63,528 bases of DNA, filler included, from Nemertoderma westbladi (GCA_032718475.1; 3 parts of 3 records of this genome joined end to end with filler, not necessarily neighbours in it), one strand, 5' to 3'. Positions 21,572-34,414 are shown, counted from the first letter of the whole stretch. Notes: generated from the sequence alone by a model not told the origin. Program-made: numbers and translations.

Positions 21572-24500
21572 TATGGATGCCAGTGAGTATATCGCTACAA
21601 ATAGTAATATTAGTGGATCTAACTACGCTAGACAATCAACCCCTAATTATAATTACAGGAATCCTAACGCTTCAAAGTTAACCTCTACAGCTTCGGCGAT
21701 GGTAACAAGATCTGACTACGACAATAATAATCAAACATCAGCTGTTTTCTGTTCATATTGCAACGGTAATCATTCATCATTACGGTGTCCAACCTACACG
21801 GATCTTGATTCAAGAAAACAACAACTGCGAAATGATGACCGATGCTTCATTTGCCTCAAACCCAGGCATACAGCGAGGGATTGCTACTCAGGTAAACAAT
21901 GTTACCAATGCCGCGGAAAACATCATGTAAGTTTATGTCGTAAAATGGAACAAAAATTCCCACTCAATAATCCAAACCATGCACGCGGTTCAAACCCACA
22001 TCAAGCCCCTCCATTTACTCCAGGTCCACATCATGTCAATGCTCCCCATCCTGGTTCTTATAGTGTGTCTAATCGGAGCCAAAGTGGTACATACAATCAA
22101 AATATAAACAAAACAAGTGAATCTAGTCACATCACTTTAAACGAGAATGCAAATGAATTTGTCCCAAAGCCGATGGCTAATTCCAAAACCCTGAACTTCA
22201 TGGTAGAAGGACGACCCCCTACATTATTGCAGTTTGCAACCGGTACTATTTCAAATGATATTACTTGTAAGAAGACCAATGTGAGAATTCTTTTTGATAT
22301 TGGAGCCACATCATGTTTTATTACAAATCAAAAGCGAGAATTACTCGAGTTGCCAACATTATGGCGTGATTCATTAACACTTGATGTATTTATGGACAAA
22401 AGGATAGAAGAAAGGGATGTGGTTAAATTTGTTTTAGAATGTAAATCGGGAATTAATATTGATATTACAGCATACTCTGTGCCATATATAAGTGAGAAGA
22501 AACAAGAACGCGCCTGCGTTACTGTAAATAAATATAATTTTCCTCATTTAGAAGGTCTTCCTCTAGCAGATACGGAAACGCATTGTACGGATACGAAGAT
22601 TGACATTCTCATTGGCGCAAATTACTATTGGAAAATTGTTACCGGAGAGAAAATACAGAGCGAATCTGGTGAAGGTCCAGTGGCAATCAAAAGCCACCTA
22701 GGTTGGTTATTGTCAGGTCCATTATGTAACGAAACATATTCTAATGTAATTAACATCATGATGTGCTCTATTTCCAGAGAACCCATAGATATGCGGTCTA
22801 AATCAACAGAAATTCTAGCTATTCAAGGATCACTAAATGTAGATGACACCCAGAAAAAATATCAAGACTCAACAGATGATGGAAACCTGATGCAGTTACT
22901 CAAACAGTTCTGGGAAGTGGAATCTTTAGGAATCGCAAGTGCATCTGAGTCAGAGGCGTGGATATACGACAAATTCAAACAACTGGTGAAATTTCAAGAT
23001 GAAAGGTATGTTGTATGTTTACCATGGAAAGAAATTATAAAACCAAAATTAACTGATGACAAGAATATTGCGTTGAAGCAGCTTATTTCACTAATGCATC
23101 GTTTACGAAAGGAATATTTACTTCTAAATAAATACAATTCAATAATTAATGAACAATTTGAACGCGGCATTATTGAAAGGGTTCCTGATCTAGAGACAAC
23201 AGAAAATGCAATTCATTACATTCCTCATCATTGTGTGGTCAAATTAGACAAGTCTACAACCAAAGTTCGTATTGTATTTAATGGCAGCTGCTCTTCTAAG
23301 AAAGGAGTAAGTTTAAATAACTGTTTATATACTGGGCCCTTTCTAGGTGCCAGTTTATTTCAAATTCTCATTCGTCTACGGTCATATAAAGTGGCGTTAC
23401 TGGGAGATATCGAAAAGGCCTTTCACATGGTAGGTTTAGAAAACCAAGATCGGGATGCAGTGAGGTTCCTATGGTGGGAGAATCCATTCGACGAAAATAG
23501 CAAGATTGTCACTTACAGGTATACTCGGGTATGTTTTGGTTTAGTTTGCAGTCTATTTCTTCTTCAAGGTACTTTAAAGTTTCATGCTAGCAATTATATG
23601 TCACAGGAGCCAGAACTAATTGATCTCATTACGGATAGTCTCTACGTCGACGACTTAAACGGTGGCTCACATGATGTTGTTTCTACCTTTGATATATACA
23701 AACGAGTTAAGACGATATTTCGGGAAGGAGGATTTATTATGAGGAAATGGAAAAGCAACTCAAGTGAACTAAACAAAATGATTGAGGATGAAGAAAACAA
23801 GGAAAATAAGGATCTAGACAAGAAAGAACAAAAGGTGGTAAGTGATTCTATGGTGGAAGAAGATTTATCTACTTACGCGGACATAATTCTTAGTCCCACA
23901 GCTGATAATAATTCAAATTCTAAAGTTCTCGGTATTGGCTGGAATTCACAGAAAGATACATTATTTATTGATTTATCAAAGGTTATCGGCAAGGATAATT
24001 CAAAGATCAATCGGAAGACAATCCTAAAATTAACAGCAAGCATTTACGATCCTTTAGGTTTTATTTCCCCAGTTGTTATTATACCAAAAATATTATTTCA
24101 GAAACTAACTGTAGGTGCTTTCAGCTGGGACCAACAAATACAAGGTGAACATCTGGACACATGGAACAGCTGGGTATCTGACCTAGAGAATTTAACTAAT
24201 TTTGAAATACCTAGATTTTATTTGACCTCAGGTGATTTCAATTGGACCGATTCTAGATTGGAATTACACGGATTCTCAGATGCATCGAAATATGCATATG
24301 CAGCTGTTGTATACATCAAAGTCGTAAATAGACATGGAAAGGTAACTGTTCAGGTGAAAGAAATTCCACGTCTGGAGCTTTTAGGTACGTTAATTCTTGC
24401 AAGACTTATTTCGAATGTAGCAGATGCTTTATATAAGTATAACGTAACTAGTATTTTGTGTTGGACAGATTCTACAGCAGTTCTATATTGGATTACATCT

Positions 24501-26333
24501 GTAAAACGTCAATATAAACAATATGTTGAATTTAGAGTACAGGAAATTCGCGGACTAACACCACCAGAGACATGGCTTTACGTTCCTACATCGTTGAATC
24601 CCGCCGATGCGCCATCTCGAGGCGTTAATGCGAACTATGTTATGAGTAAAGAATGGATATACGGCCCTAAATGGTTGAACGCAGGAAATGCAGAATGGCC
24701 GCAACAACCAAACATCATCCAATCCAATGAAGATAAAACAATAGATGCTAAGATTATCAGATCTGAAATGGTTTGTTACACAACGGTTAACAACATCGTA
24801 TTTGAGAATGTTTCTCGGATCATCAAATGTGAGTCATTCAGTAAGTTAAATCGATTATTACATGTGACGTCATATGTAAATAGATTTATTTACAACTTGA
24901 AATGCAAGGTGTCAAAATCGAACAAATATTTAACAGGTCAGTTGACAGTCCCAGAAATTGAAAAGGCTCGTGATATGTGGATAATTGCAGTTCAGGGAGA
25001 AACATTCAATGCCGAGAAAATAAAGCAATTAAAATATCAACTGAATATAATACAGTTTCAGGGTATCTGGGTTTGTAAAGGAAGATTAGACAACGCAATG
25101 ATATCGGAAACAGCCAAAAGACCAGCTGTTCTACCAAAGGTCCACCATTTAACCAGTCTCATTATCCAAAAATGTCATGAAATTGTGTTACACCAGGGTC
25201 TTGCTTCGACCTTAGCCCAAATTCGAGAGAAATATTGGATCCTTCAGAGCAGACAAGCCATAAAAAAATGTCTAGCGAAATGTGGGGTTTGCATACGTCA
25301 CCAAGGTAAACCATATTGTCCCCCAGAATCCCCACCGTTACCAACATTTCGGGTACAGGAATCGTTGCCATTCAATACAGTTGGATGTGATTTTGCAGGA
25401 CCATTTCTTATTAAACCAATATACGGAGGCATTATAGCAGACGGAGATCTTTCAAAGTCATATTTGTGCATTTTTACTTGTGCCGTCACAAGGGCGGTGC
25501 ATTTAGAGGTAGTCACTGATTTAACAACTTCTTCATTTATTGAATGTTTTTCCAGATTCATTGGTCGGAGAGGAAAGCCAACATTGATAGTAAGCGACAA
25601 TGCTAAAACTTTCAAAGCAGCTTCAAAAAATCTTTACATAATTAATCAACGATTTCTTAAATCTAAACAGGTACAAGACTTCTTTGTAAACCAAGGCATA
25701 GTGTGGCAGTTCAATCTGGAAAAATCACCTTGGTGGGGAGGATTCTTCGAAAGAATGATACAAACGGTGAAACGATGTTTGGTGAAGGTTATTGGACAAG
25801 CGATATTGACACTCATGGAACTCATAACGGTATTTATTGGAATCGAAGCGGCTATTAACTCAAGACCATTAACTTATTGCTCTAATTTTCCAGGTGACAT
25901 GGACATTGAACCTTTAACCCCCTCTCATTTCTTAGTAGGGAAACGCCTTACAGCTATGCCAAATCTCGGTGTGAGGCTTGTTACTGAATATACCTCTTCA
26001 ACAGACGTTCGACAGCGATGGCGACTACAGGAAATCCTACTCAACCATTGTTGGAGACGGTGGCGGACGGAATATCTACTAAATCTAAGACAGCAACATT
26101 ACGGGACAGCGAGGACTCAGAAAAGAGTCATTCAAGTTGGGGAATCGGTGATCGTTCGAGACGCTGGTCTACACCGCTCTATGTGGAAGTTGGGTCTCGT
26201 AGAGTCGTTGTTCCAAGGGAGAGATGGACATGTACGTGGAGCAGTCGTTAAGGTCTGGGATCGCAAATCTGGCAAATCACAAACTCTAAAGCGACCTGTT
26301 CAAGAATTGTTTCCCTTGGAAATTGGTGATTGA
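21572..26333 (+). CDS. BEL A gag-pol, C-terminal part (zinc knuckles, PR, RT, RNase H, integrase)
   Basis: Three Cys/His knuckles; ILFDIGA; GDIEKAF; LYVDDL; LHGFSDAS; IPRLEL; WTDS; NPADAPSRG; HHCC; GCDFAGP, SDNAKTF and GFFERM (DDE). Confidence 0.96.
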
Positions 26334-26449
26334 AATACATAGCAATTATATAAATAAAACGGTGGCGGTTAATTTATTATCTGTTTGGTTACAATATTTA
26401 TTTAAATTATTTATAGTCGTTTTACATGTAGATATTTGCGTCGTTCAAC

Positions 26450-26456
26450 GGGGGAG
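26450..26456 (+). promoter_or_regulatory. Polypurine tract of BEL A
   Basis: GGGGGAG immediately before the 3' LTR. Confidence 0.8.
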
Positions 26457-26897
26457 TGTGGTAATTATATTATACAGTTGAACTCGCCAATATTGAGTCT
26501 ATGACAAAGTTTGTCTATAATTGTACAGTAGATTGATATTTAGTTCGATTATTCATTACCTACATTGGGTTAATTAGCACTAGCATACGCGTCTGTTAAT
26601 TAGTCAAGATATACAGTACTTACAGTAAATAGTATGTGCCGAATAAAGAGTCAACTACTAACAGTACAGTAGTTAGTACAGTATGTGCAGTATAAGGGGT
26701 CAACCAGAACTAATTACTAAATGGCATTTTAATTATAAGGATTTTGGATCTCCGGCTCATTCGTTCAATTAAATTCATATACTAATTGTTACGGTAAATT
26801 CATACTTTATAATTTCGGTGTAATCGTGACGTTACTTGTATTAAATATTCTGTACGATAAAGTCATTAAATATTTTCATCTCTCTAAAATAACCAAA
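26457..26897 (+). repeat. 3' LTR of BEL element A
   Basis: Direct repeat of 8330-8770. Confidence 0.93.
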
Positions 26898-27409
26898 GGC
26901 TATGCAATATAGCCGAAATATCATCTGTAGAATAAAAACATAACTTTTCTTAAATACAAACAGTAGCATTTATTTCATTTGTCTTCATAATTACTAAATT
27001 TACAAATGCTGGGCGGTGCATATTATTCATATGTTATAAATCACTAAATAAATATATAAATAAACATACATCCATCGTGTTTTTGGGGGCCTCAGCTTTA
27101 GACAAAAACTACCCAGTCTAAAGACAGGATAGTTATTATCCGCATCGCTTTATACAGTATGCAATTATAGGCTGCTTGTAAACTAATCTAAGATCACATA
27201 CATTTAGGGCACCTAAAACTGAGGCCGACCTACAAAGGCTCAACTTCCTCGAGAAACGAGTACCTTTTTTGGAAGACATGTTGCTCCAAAGGTGTCGGGT
27301 AACCCAGGGTAACGTGGTAAACATGCAGGACTTCCGAGATATTCATCGGAGAATAAAAACGTGTGAAATGGAGAGAAACACAGGTAAACAGTGTATTTAG
27401 TAACACCTA

Positions 27410-28460
27410 CAGGGTGGTCAAAAAAACCTGTAAAGCGCTATAAAAACTTTAATATTTTTCAAAACACATCGAAATTTTGCATTGAAATTATAATTTATTT
27501 CACTAATTTAACTAATTAACTTCACTAATTATCAATCTATAGAGCATTTCACTAAATGTCTGCCTGTTCAAGGTTTCTTAAGAACGGCTGGACCGATTGC
27601 CACAATTTTCTGGTTGAGTCTCCAAGGGGCCCCAAGTGATAAAATAAGTTCATTGTATATTCTCAGTTGCCATGGCAGCGTGTTGCTATGACTCAGGGTT
27701 GATAGAAAACCCACACGAATATCAGGTTTTCAACTGAAAACCAGCCCGATCCGAGGTCTATTGAGTACTGCCTTTGCCTTGTACATTCTCAATATATGGA
27801 TCTCGATATAACTGGTTGAATTGATGTTGACTACATCGCCCTTTACCAAACAAAACGGCCCTATCAAGCCATGTCGGCCAATTGCTGCCCAAGCTTGTGA
27901 GCATGAAGTGGCCTCTCCAACACTTTGTCTGGTTTCTAGCTAGACCAGAAAATGCAGTTCTTAGAGTTAACATGGCCACTAAGCTAAAAGTGAGCCTCAT
28001 CATAAAACCAGATGTCATTCAGAAAGTCTGGACAACGTCTAGACTTGGCGACAAACCATTTCGCCATCTCAACTCGTTTATTTTTATCAGATTCTCCCAA
28101 TGCTTGTTTGATCTGAATGCGGTAAAGGTAGAGTTTAAGATCTTTATGGAGAACATTTAGGAGCGTACCACGTTTTAACTCGATCTGTTGGCTGCGACGA
28201 CGTGTTGGCTGTTGGCTGCGACGACTTGTTTTTTACCTTAGAAATTACCTCCGGAGTCCGTATTAATTTTCGCCTTGAATGCGTTGGTCGGAGTATAGAC
28301 TTGGACTTCAGTTTTAAGACATTTCATGTTTTCGAAACTTCTCAATCCACCCATTTATTGTTGACTTACATGGAATATCTACAGTTCGACAATGAAACTT
28401 GTTCTGGCAACTGTGATCGGGTAATTTTATATGAACGAGTTTTGAAGTAAATTTCCACAG
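27410..28460 (-). pseudogene. Degenerate Tc1/mariner-superfamily transposase (DD41D/DD37D-like) with one TIR
   Basis: TA|CAGGGTG terminus at 27408-27416; minus strand reads DFLNDIWFYDEAHF*LSGHVNSKNCIFWSS*KP...RPLH...GLIGPF. Confidence 0.75.
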
Positions 28461-28548
28461 CAAATGTAAAAGCTTCTGTGGGATGTAACTGGTCCTTCGC
28501 CCCGCAACCCAGTTTTTCCCCCATACGCTAAAATACTCTGAAACCTAC

Positions 28549-28909
28549 TGTAAAGGTTTTTCTGGGATATGACTGATTTGTTTTCTTTGCTAACCAGTTC
28601 CCCCCTCCAAGGCGTTGGAATCCTTTAGGAGGGATCTGAGCTGTTCGATTGGCCAGCCGGCTTGGGAAGGTTGCCCCAGTTACCCATAGCCCTGCGTTGA
28701 GTTAGTTCTGATTTCGACCAATCCCGAGCTACTGAACTGAAATTATCCTGTCTCACTGCTGATTACATGTGTTGAACGGGATTCTTGGAAAATAAGAGAG
28801 CTAAAGTCACGGGACTTTTGTTATGATTTTGAGACTTTATTATCAGAGTTTTAAGACCGTGTTGAGATAGCGAAATGTTTTCTGCCTTTTTGTAAGAACA
28901 TTAGTAGGC
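28549..28909 (+). mobile_element. Diverged LTR 5' portion of the B/C family, cut by the assembly gap
   Basis: TGTAAAGG...CCAGTTCCCCC...GGCGTTGGAAT...AACATTAGTAGGC resembles 39683-40140. Confidence 0.75.
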
Positions 28910-29009
28910 NNNNNNNNNNNNNNNNNNNNNNNNNNNNNNNNNNNNNNNNNNNNTTAATTAATTAANNNNNNNNNNNNNNNNNNNNNNNNNNNNNNNNNNN
29001 NNNNNNNNN
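28910..29009. other. Assembly gap with artificial TTAATTAATTAA six-frame stop linker
   Basis: 44 N + TTAATTAATTAA + 44 N. Confidence 0.97.
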
Positions 29010-31190
29010 ATTTTTAAATATCTCCTACTTACAATAGCTAACAATTCTAAACTATACTATACGCTACCTTCAGAATTTGTATAATATACTTAGCGTATAT
29101 TAAACAATACTTCCTACTGTAAGGGTCCAGTAGTATACCGCTTACCAGATCCTAGTAACGATGTATCTTACTATGAGACTCTAGTAATGTATACGGGCTT
29201 GTACAGTATCTGACAACAAATCCCAGTCCAGGATATCTAAACAAACAGATATAGTACACAAACGACTACTGGCGAGGAACAGAGCCTTGTATCTATTCTA
29301 TGTACGTGAGCGGGTCGAATGCCTACGTACTAGACAGAAGGATACCTGTCCTCTAACCGGTGAGGCAGATGTACAGTTACCGTAACAGACCAAACTCACG
29401 GGAAAACAATCCCCGCGCAGCGAATCCTAACTATCACTGACAGTCCTAAATACAGTAACTTGCCGCGGTGTGATTTATATGGTTTATATACGAACTAGGT
29501 GGTTAACAGACCTAGTGTAACAACACTGACAGTCCTGAATCAGTCGAAAAGGGGTCGTACCTAAATGTAACAATAACTGATCCCCCTGTACGAAATCAGT
29601 CTAAAGGGTCAGGCCTAAATGAAACAATAACTGCTGGACAACACAACAGTTTAATAACGAAAGTGAAATACTCCTTATTGCCGCAACTAAATCAGATCCT
29701 AATTTTACAAATACAGACAATTTCCACCTAAAGTAATGTATAGTACGCTATAGCTAGTAGAACTTTAAGGGCGATATGTTTTAGGGCGTGTGTGTGTGGG
29801 TGTGTTACAAATAAAACAATTTCGAGTAATTCCTTTTACTAGGTTTTAGTGATTTTCTGACTAAATGATACCGTGCGCTAGCTACTAAAATAAACTAGTC
29901 GCGTTTGTAGAACTTTATACTCACGAACGACGTCAAAGCTCTCTTCTTCCTATCCACAACCCAATGGGCAACCACAGTGTTAGTAACTACACCCGTGATC
30001 GGCACTAATACCAGATTCTGGTTGTAAGATAAGAATAGGGGTTAATCGCTACCGTACGTTAGCTGATCTGGTATACTAATTTAATTCTAGAACTTTGTTG
30101 CTGCGGTAGTTAGCAGCAATACCTATCAGTACGTGGCAAGGCGCGGTAGGATATTAATAAACCTCCCTAGGCCAAGCAGTGTGCCGGTAGCAGAAATACT
30201 CCTTGCCTGATCAAATAGCTAACTCCAGACAAGGGGGGGGGGGGGGGGTACTAATGTACGTTCTACAAAGCGAACCGGTACCAAACAGTCAGTGCTATGA
30301 ATCACTAAATTATGGAACGTATGCTGTCCGTGCCTAATGTGTACTCGCGTACTGACGAATGGCAATAGTTCGCACCTGTAGGAAGTACAGGTTAACCCAG
30401 GGATTCGTAGGACTTGACAATTATAATAATAATATAATAATAATATAATTATTTGATCCTAAATTTGCGGCGTCCAGTACGGTGTCACGCTTACCCTGAT
30501 CTATAGGTCTTACGGCGGGCAAGGGCGTCGAACAAAGTCTTACCTTCTCACAAAGCGGGCGCTGCATAGCAAGTTGAGCATTTCGAAGGGGCAAAGGGGG
30601 TGCGCGGTCAATCCAATGTGGGCGCTAGCGTGTTGTGGACATCCCTTCCCTGCATTGCTTACGGCCTAACGGTCTAGGCTGCCATCTCCCTGGTGTTCGG
30701 CTGTCCCGAAGTCGGACCAAAAGAAAACATGTCAGGAAATTGCAGTATATTTACAGTTTTACAAAAGGATTTATCAAAATAAGTTTCAACAAGAAACCGA
30801 AATTAACTAATTTTACAAGAATAAACGATAATAATATCAGGTTCTAAGAAGTGAGTGACGGAAGTTATAAGGTATATAGCCGTGATAACCGAAGGCAAAC
30901 CGGCCTTTTATACTAGAAATTGCACATGGAAACTAAACAGAAATTTCCACAGCTTCACAATTGAGCAATGAAGTGCGTCGTGCCCTATGATTGGCCCAGC
31001 TCATCGTTCAACGCAGTCCGGCCCTTACACTAAATCTGGGACATGGAATCCTAACAGAATTTTCCACTGCCTCACATTTGAGCAATAAGATAATTTATGC
31101 CCTATGATTGGCCTGGCTCATTATTCGCTACGTTGTACGCTTCTCATTGGCCTACCAATTAGCACCACACGAAAATAAATGGCCCCAAAA
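29010..31190 (-). mobile_element. Probable 5' LTR plus long leader of another LTR retrotransposon
   Basis: Minus strand shows three CCAAT boxes (~31147, 31107, 30990) within a ~118-bp duplication, GTATAAAAG (~30905), ...TGACA at 30730 and TGGTCC shortly after; no ORF, LTR boundary not confirmed. Confidence 0.4.
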
Positions 31191-31197
31191 TACAAAT

Positions 31198-31268
31198 TTC
31201 CCGACTGGGATTCGAACTCGTAACCTACGTAATGTAACCAACGCCTTAACCATCTGACCACTACGCCA
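31198..31268 (-). ncRNA. tRNA-derived sequence (SINE head or pseudo-tRNA)
   Basis: A-box TGGTCAGATGG followed by TTAAGGCG, and B-box GAGTTCGAATCC; no convincing acceptor or anticodon stem. Confidence 0.6.
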
Positions 31269-31714
31269 CGAGAGTACCTAAGGGTTTTATGTGTACAAAT
31301 ATAAATAGGCATATTACATTACTGTAATTTAATCAAAATACGTCGGATTTTCAAAAGTTTTTACGTTAAAGTTAAACTACAAATGCTACCTTATAGTGAA
31401 ATAATTCATCAATTATACTGTCTGACTGTATTATACTACATTACAGCATTATAGGTACTGACTCACTGATTCTGTGATATGTACAGTTGTAAATACTGTA
31501 TGATAGGCCTAATTGCTGAATTGCGATAAAGTAGTCCATAGTATAAGTCGTTTTGTTTTATTCACTGTTCTACTTTCTCCTGTTTTATTATGTGCAGTTT
31601 TGTTTATACGCTTCTATGACAGCGGGTCTCCACCCACATAATATAATAATAATAAATGATAAAGGTAATTTATTAATTACGGTAATTTCAGTATTTTAGT
31701 ACCGGTACCGGAAG

Positions 31715-32635
31715 AAAGGCCCGCCTCTGTAACCTGATCCTTTCCTTCATTTTTTAAAGTGACTGTTTATTGTTTTGGTTAGAAAATCCTGCCTCTGTAA
31801 CCCGCCCCTTTCCCTCAATTAGTTAAAAGATCGTTTATTGTTTTGGTTAGAAAATCCCGCCTCTATAACCTGCTCCTTTCCCTCAATTAGTTAAGTGATC
31901 GTTTATTATTTTGGATAGAAAATCCCGCCTCTGTAACCTGCTCCTTTCCCTGATTTGGTAAAGTGATTGTTTATTGTTTTGGTTAGAAGAACCCGTCTCT
32001 TTAACCTGCTCCTTTCCCTCAATTGGTAATGTTATCGTTTATTGTTTAGGTTAGAAAAGAAGACCATCTATGTAACCTGCTCCTTTCCTTCATTTGGTAA
32101 AGTGATTGTTTATTGTTTTGGTTAGAAAATCCCGCCTCTGTAACCCGCCCCTTTCCCTCAATTAGTTAAATGATCGTTTATTGTTTTGGTTTGAAAATCC
32201 GGCCTCTGTAACCTGCTCCTTTCCTTCAATTAGTTAAGTGCTCGTTTATTGTTTTGATTAGTAAATCCCGCTTCTGTAATCTGCTCCTTTCCCTGATTTG
32301 GTAAAGTGATCGTTTATTGTTTTGGTTAGAAAAGCCCGCCTCTTTAACCTGCTTCTTTCCTCAATTGGTAATGTTATCGTTTATTGTTTTGGTTAGAAAA
32401 GACCATCCATGTAACCTGCTCCTTTCCTTCATTTGGTAAAGTGATAGTTTATGGTTTTGGTTAGAAAATCCCGCCTCTGTAACGCTCCTTTCCCTGATTT
32501 GATAAAGTGACCGTTTATTATTTTGGTTAGAAAGGCCAGCCTCTATAACCTGCTCCTTTTCCTTCATTTGGTAAAGTGACTGTTTATTGTTTTGGTTAGA
32601 AAATCCGGCCTTTCTAACCTGCTCCTTTCCATCAA
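31715..32635. repeat. 68-bp minisatellite (about 13 copies)
   Basis: Unit GTTTATTGTTTTGGTTAGAAAATCCCGCCTCTGTAACCTGCTCCTTTCCCTCAATTAGTTAAGTGATC. Confidence 0.95.
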
Positions 32636-33402
32636 TTGTAATTGTTTTTGGCTATAAAATGAGTGTTTTGCTACGTCATGTGGTAATCAATTATCGACAA
32701 CAACTACAAACTATTAAATTTAGAGTCTTTTACCACAGGCGGATATGGAAATCTATCTCATAGTCTATAAATCATGGAATCATGGAATGTTTTGGCACAG
32801 GCATAGTGAAACCAACTGTCCGACAGACCAGAAATCAACAAATTTTGAATGTTTAGGCATAGGCATGTTGAAATCAACTGTCTGATACTATAGTCCAGAA
32901 ATCAGCAGTCTGACAGTTTGAAGAAATACATACATAAAAAGTCATTAAAGGACAACAAAAGTCATTAAAGGGACAACAAAAGTCATTATGCACAATTCGT
33001 AAAAAAAGGAGGACAAAAAAAAGTCAAATAAAAGGACATAAAAAATCACTGCCTTTTATCTTATATAAAGCCTTCCCGATGGTATAATAGAAACTCTATA
33101 ATAATAGGAACTCTATAGAAACTATATACAACCTGTATTATATAAATTTAAATTAAGTTAAGTAACTTAGGGAATATGACTGTAGGGGTGTGAGATCAAG
33201 TTGTTTTAGTATAATAATATTTTAAAAATTCAAAAGGTGACAACTACAGTAATATGATCAATCACTAAAAATTTAATATTTTATTATTAGCTTTCGATAG
33301 CTCTCTTAATATTTTTCAAATAAACGATATTCTAGATATAGAATATCGTTTATTTGAAAAAGATTGATTTGATAAGGGATCCGGTTTAGTGTATTTATAT
33401 AA

Positions 33403-33782
33403 TATTTGTAAGCATAAAATAATAAATAAATAAAATATTATTTTAAATATACCTAGATCGACCTCAGAAAAAATTCATATATTACTTTATCACGAGCTTT
33501 CGATATAATATTTTTTCAAGTGTTTTTTATCTTTTTCTATAGTTAAATCGGTTCGCCTGAGAAATACGAAATAGGAAAGACGTATACAAACTTTCTAGAA
33601 TTTTAAATTGTGCTTATATTGTTAATTTATTTAATTTATAAATAGTTGGTTTTCAACACTTGAAAAAGATATACATATTATATCGAAAGATAGTGATAAA
33701 GTAATATATTAATTTTTCTGAGGTCAATATATGTTTAATTAAAATAATATTTTATTTATTTATTATTTTATGCTTACAAATA
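33403..33782. mobile_element. Inverted pair of probable Penelope-like pseudo-LTRs, each with a hammerhead-like motif (second copy 50106-50525)
   Basis: About 120-bp inverted arms; CAC-TTGAAAA-stem-GAAA-NNNN-GTG at 33657-33695 (+) and 33491-33522 (-). Confidence 0.6.
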
Positions 33783-34275
33783 TATATAAAGGGTCCTAAA
33801 TAATATGACTCAACCTAGAGTTCAATGGGGTCGGTCTGGAGTTCATATGTGGCAAACAAGATCTGACTCATCATCGAGTTTGTCTTATGTAGGAAGATAT
33901 CAAGATCGTCGAGTTGGGGCTGATCTTTCTCCCATAATTATGTAACGAGTTTGAATGATAGACATTTACCAGTGTTATTCCTTTGAAACGACTGCCGAAA
34001 AGTTTCGAAAGACGATATTGAGTTTGTTTTCCTTCAATAAGAGTTTGTCTCTATAGTCTATTGAGGAGTCCGTATCGATGGCTCGATGTCATTCGGCTTT
34101 TCGAAATGTTGACACGGAATCACATGGCACCTATTGAGTCAATATATTATTATACTGTATATTGTTATATAATGATTATACTTATTGAGTTATACAAATG
34201 ATATAGAATCTCTGTTTGTACATTACAGTAATTATAATTACAATACAAAAAGTTTTCCATTCAATAATATTTTAG

Positions 34276-34345
34276 ACTTCGATGAATGCATTTACTACAC
34301 GACCAATGATTGCCATGCCAACAACGCAAACTGTAACAACACATT
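34276..34345 (+). pseudogene. Truncated EGF-Ca pseudo-exon (copy starting at 51327)
   Basis: TTTAG acceptor then DFDECIYYTTNDCHANNANCNNT, ending in a stop with no donor. Confidence 0.65.
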
Positions 34346-34414
34346 ACAATTATAATTATTATACAATTATATTAAATTAATTGACTAAATTTTTTGAAAC
34401 TTCACATATTTTAG

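Larger units (their letters stand above)
8330..26897 (+). mobile_element. BEL/Pao LTR retrotransposon A, full length, interrupted by element B
   Basis: Apparently identical 441-bp LTRs (8330-8770, 26457-26897), TSD GGCTA, PBS, PPT, and a Gag-PR-RT-RH-IN polyprotein. Confidence 0.96.
6331..27128. mobile_element. Short TIR element (about 200 bp once nested inserts are removed) enclosing the Penelope/BEL stack
   Basis: 6331-6365 (CCTGTCTTTAGACTGGGTAG...TAAAGCT) is the reverse complement of 27094-27128 at 33/35 positions; no clear TSD. Confidence 0.55.

Noticed and set aside
8330-26897. Age paradox: host A LTRs identical while nested B LTRs show about 3 differences
   Set aside because: 0 of 441 versus about 3 of 1240 is compatible with similar, very recent ages.
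28954-28965. TTAATTAATTAA island within Ns (also 55632-55643)
   Set aside because: Artificial six-frame stop linker marking scaffold joins.
31198-31268. Functional tRNA gene
   Set aside because: A and B boxes are present but no complete cloverleaf or assignable anticodon.
31715-32635. 68-bp arrays (also 35810-36955) and the 38-bp array at 40998-41237 as CRISPR-like arrays
   Set aside because: Units are contiguous with no unique spacers, there are no cas genes, and the context is eukaryotic.
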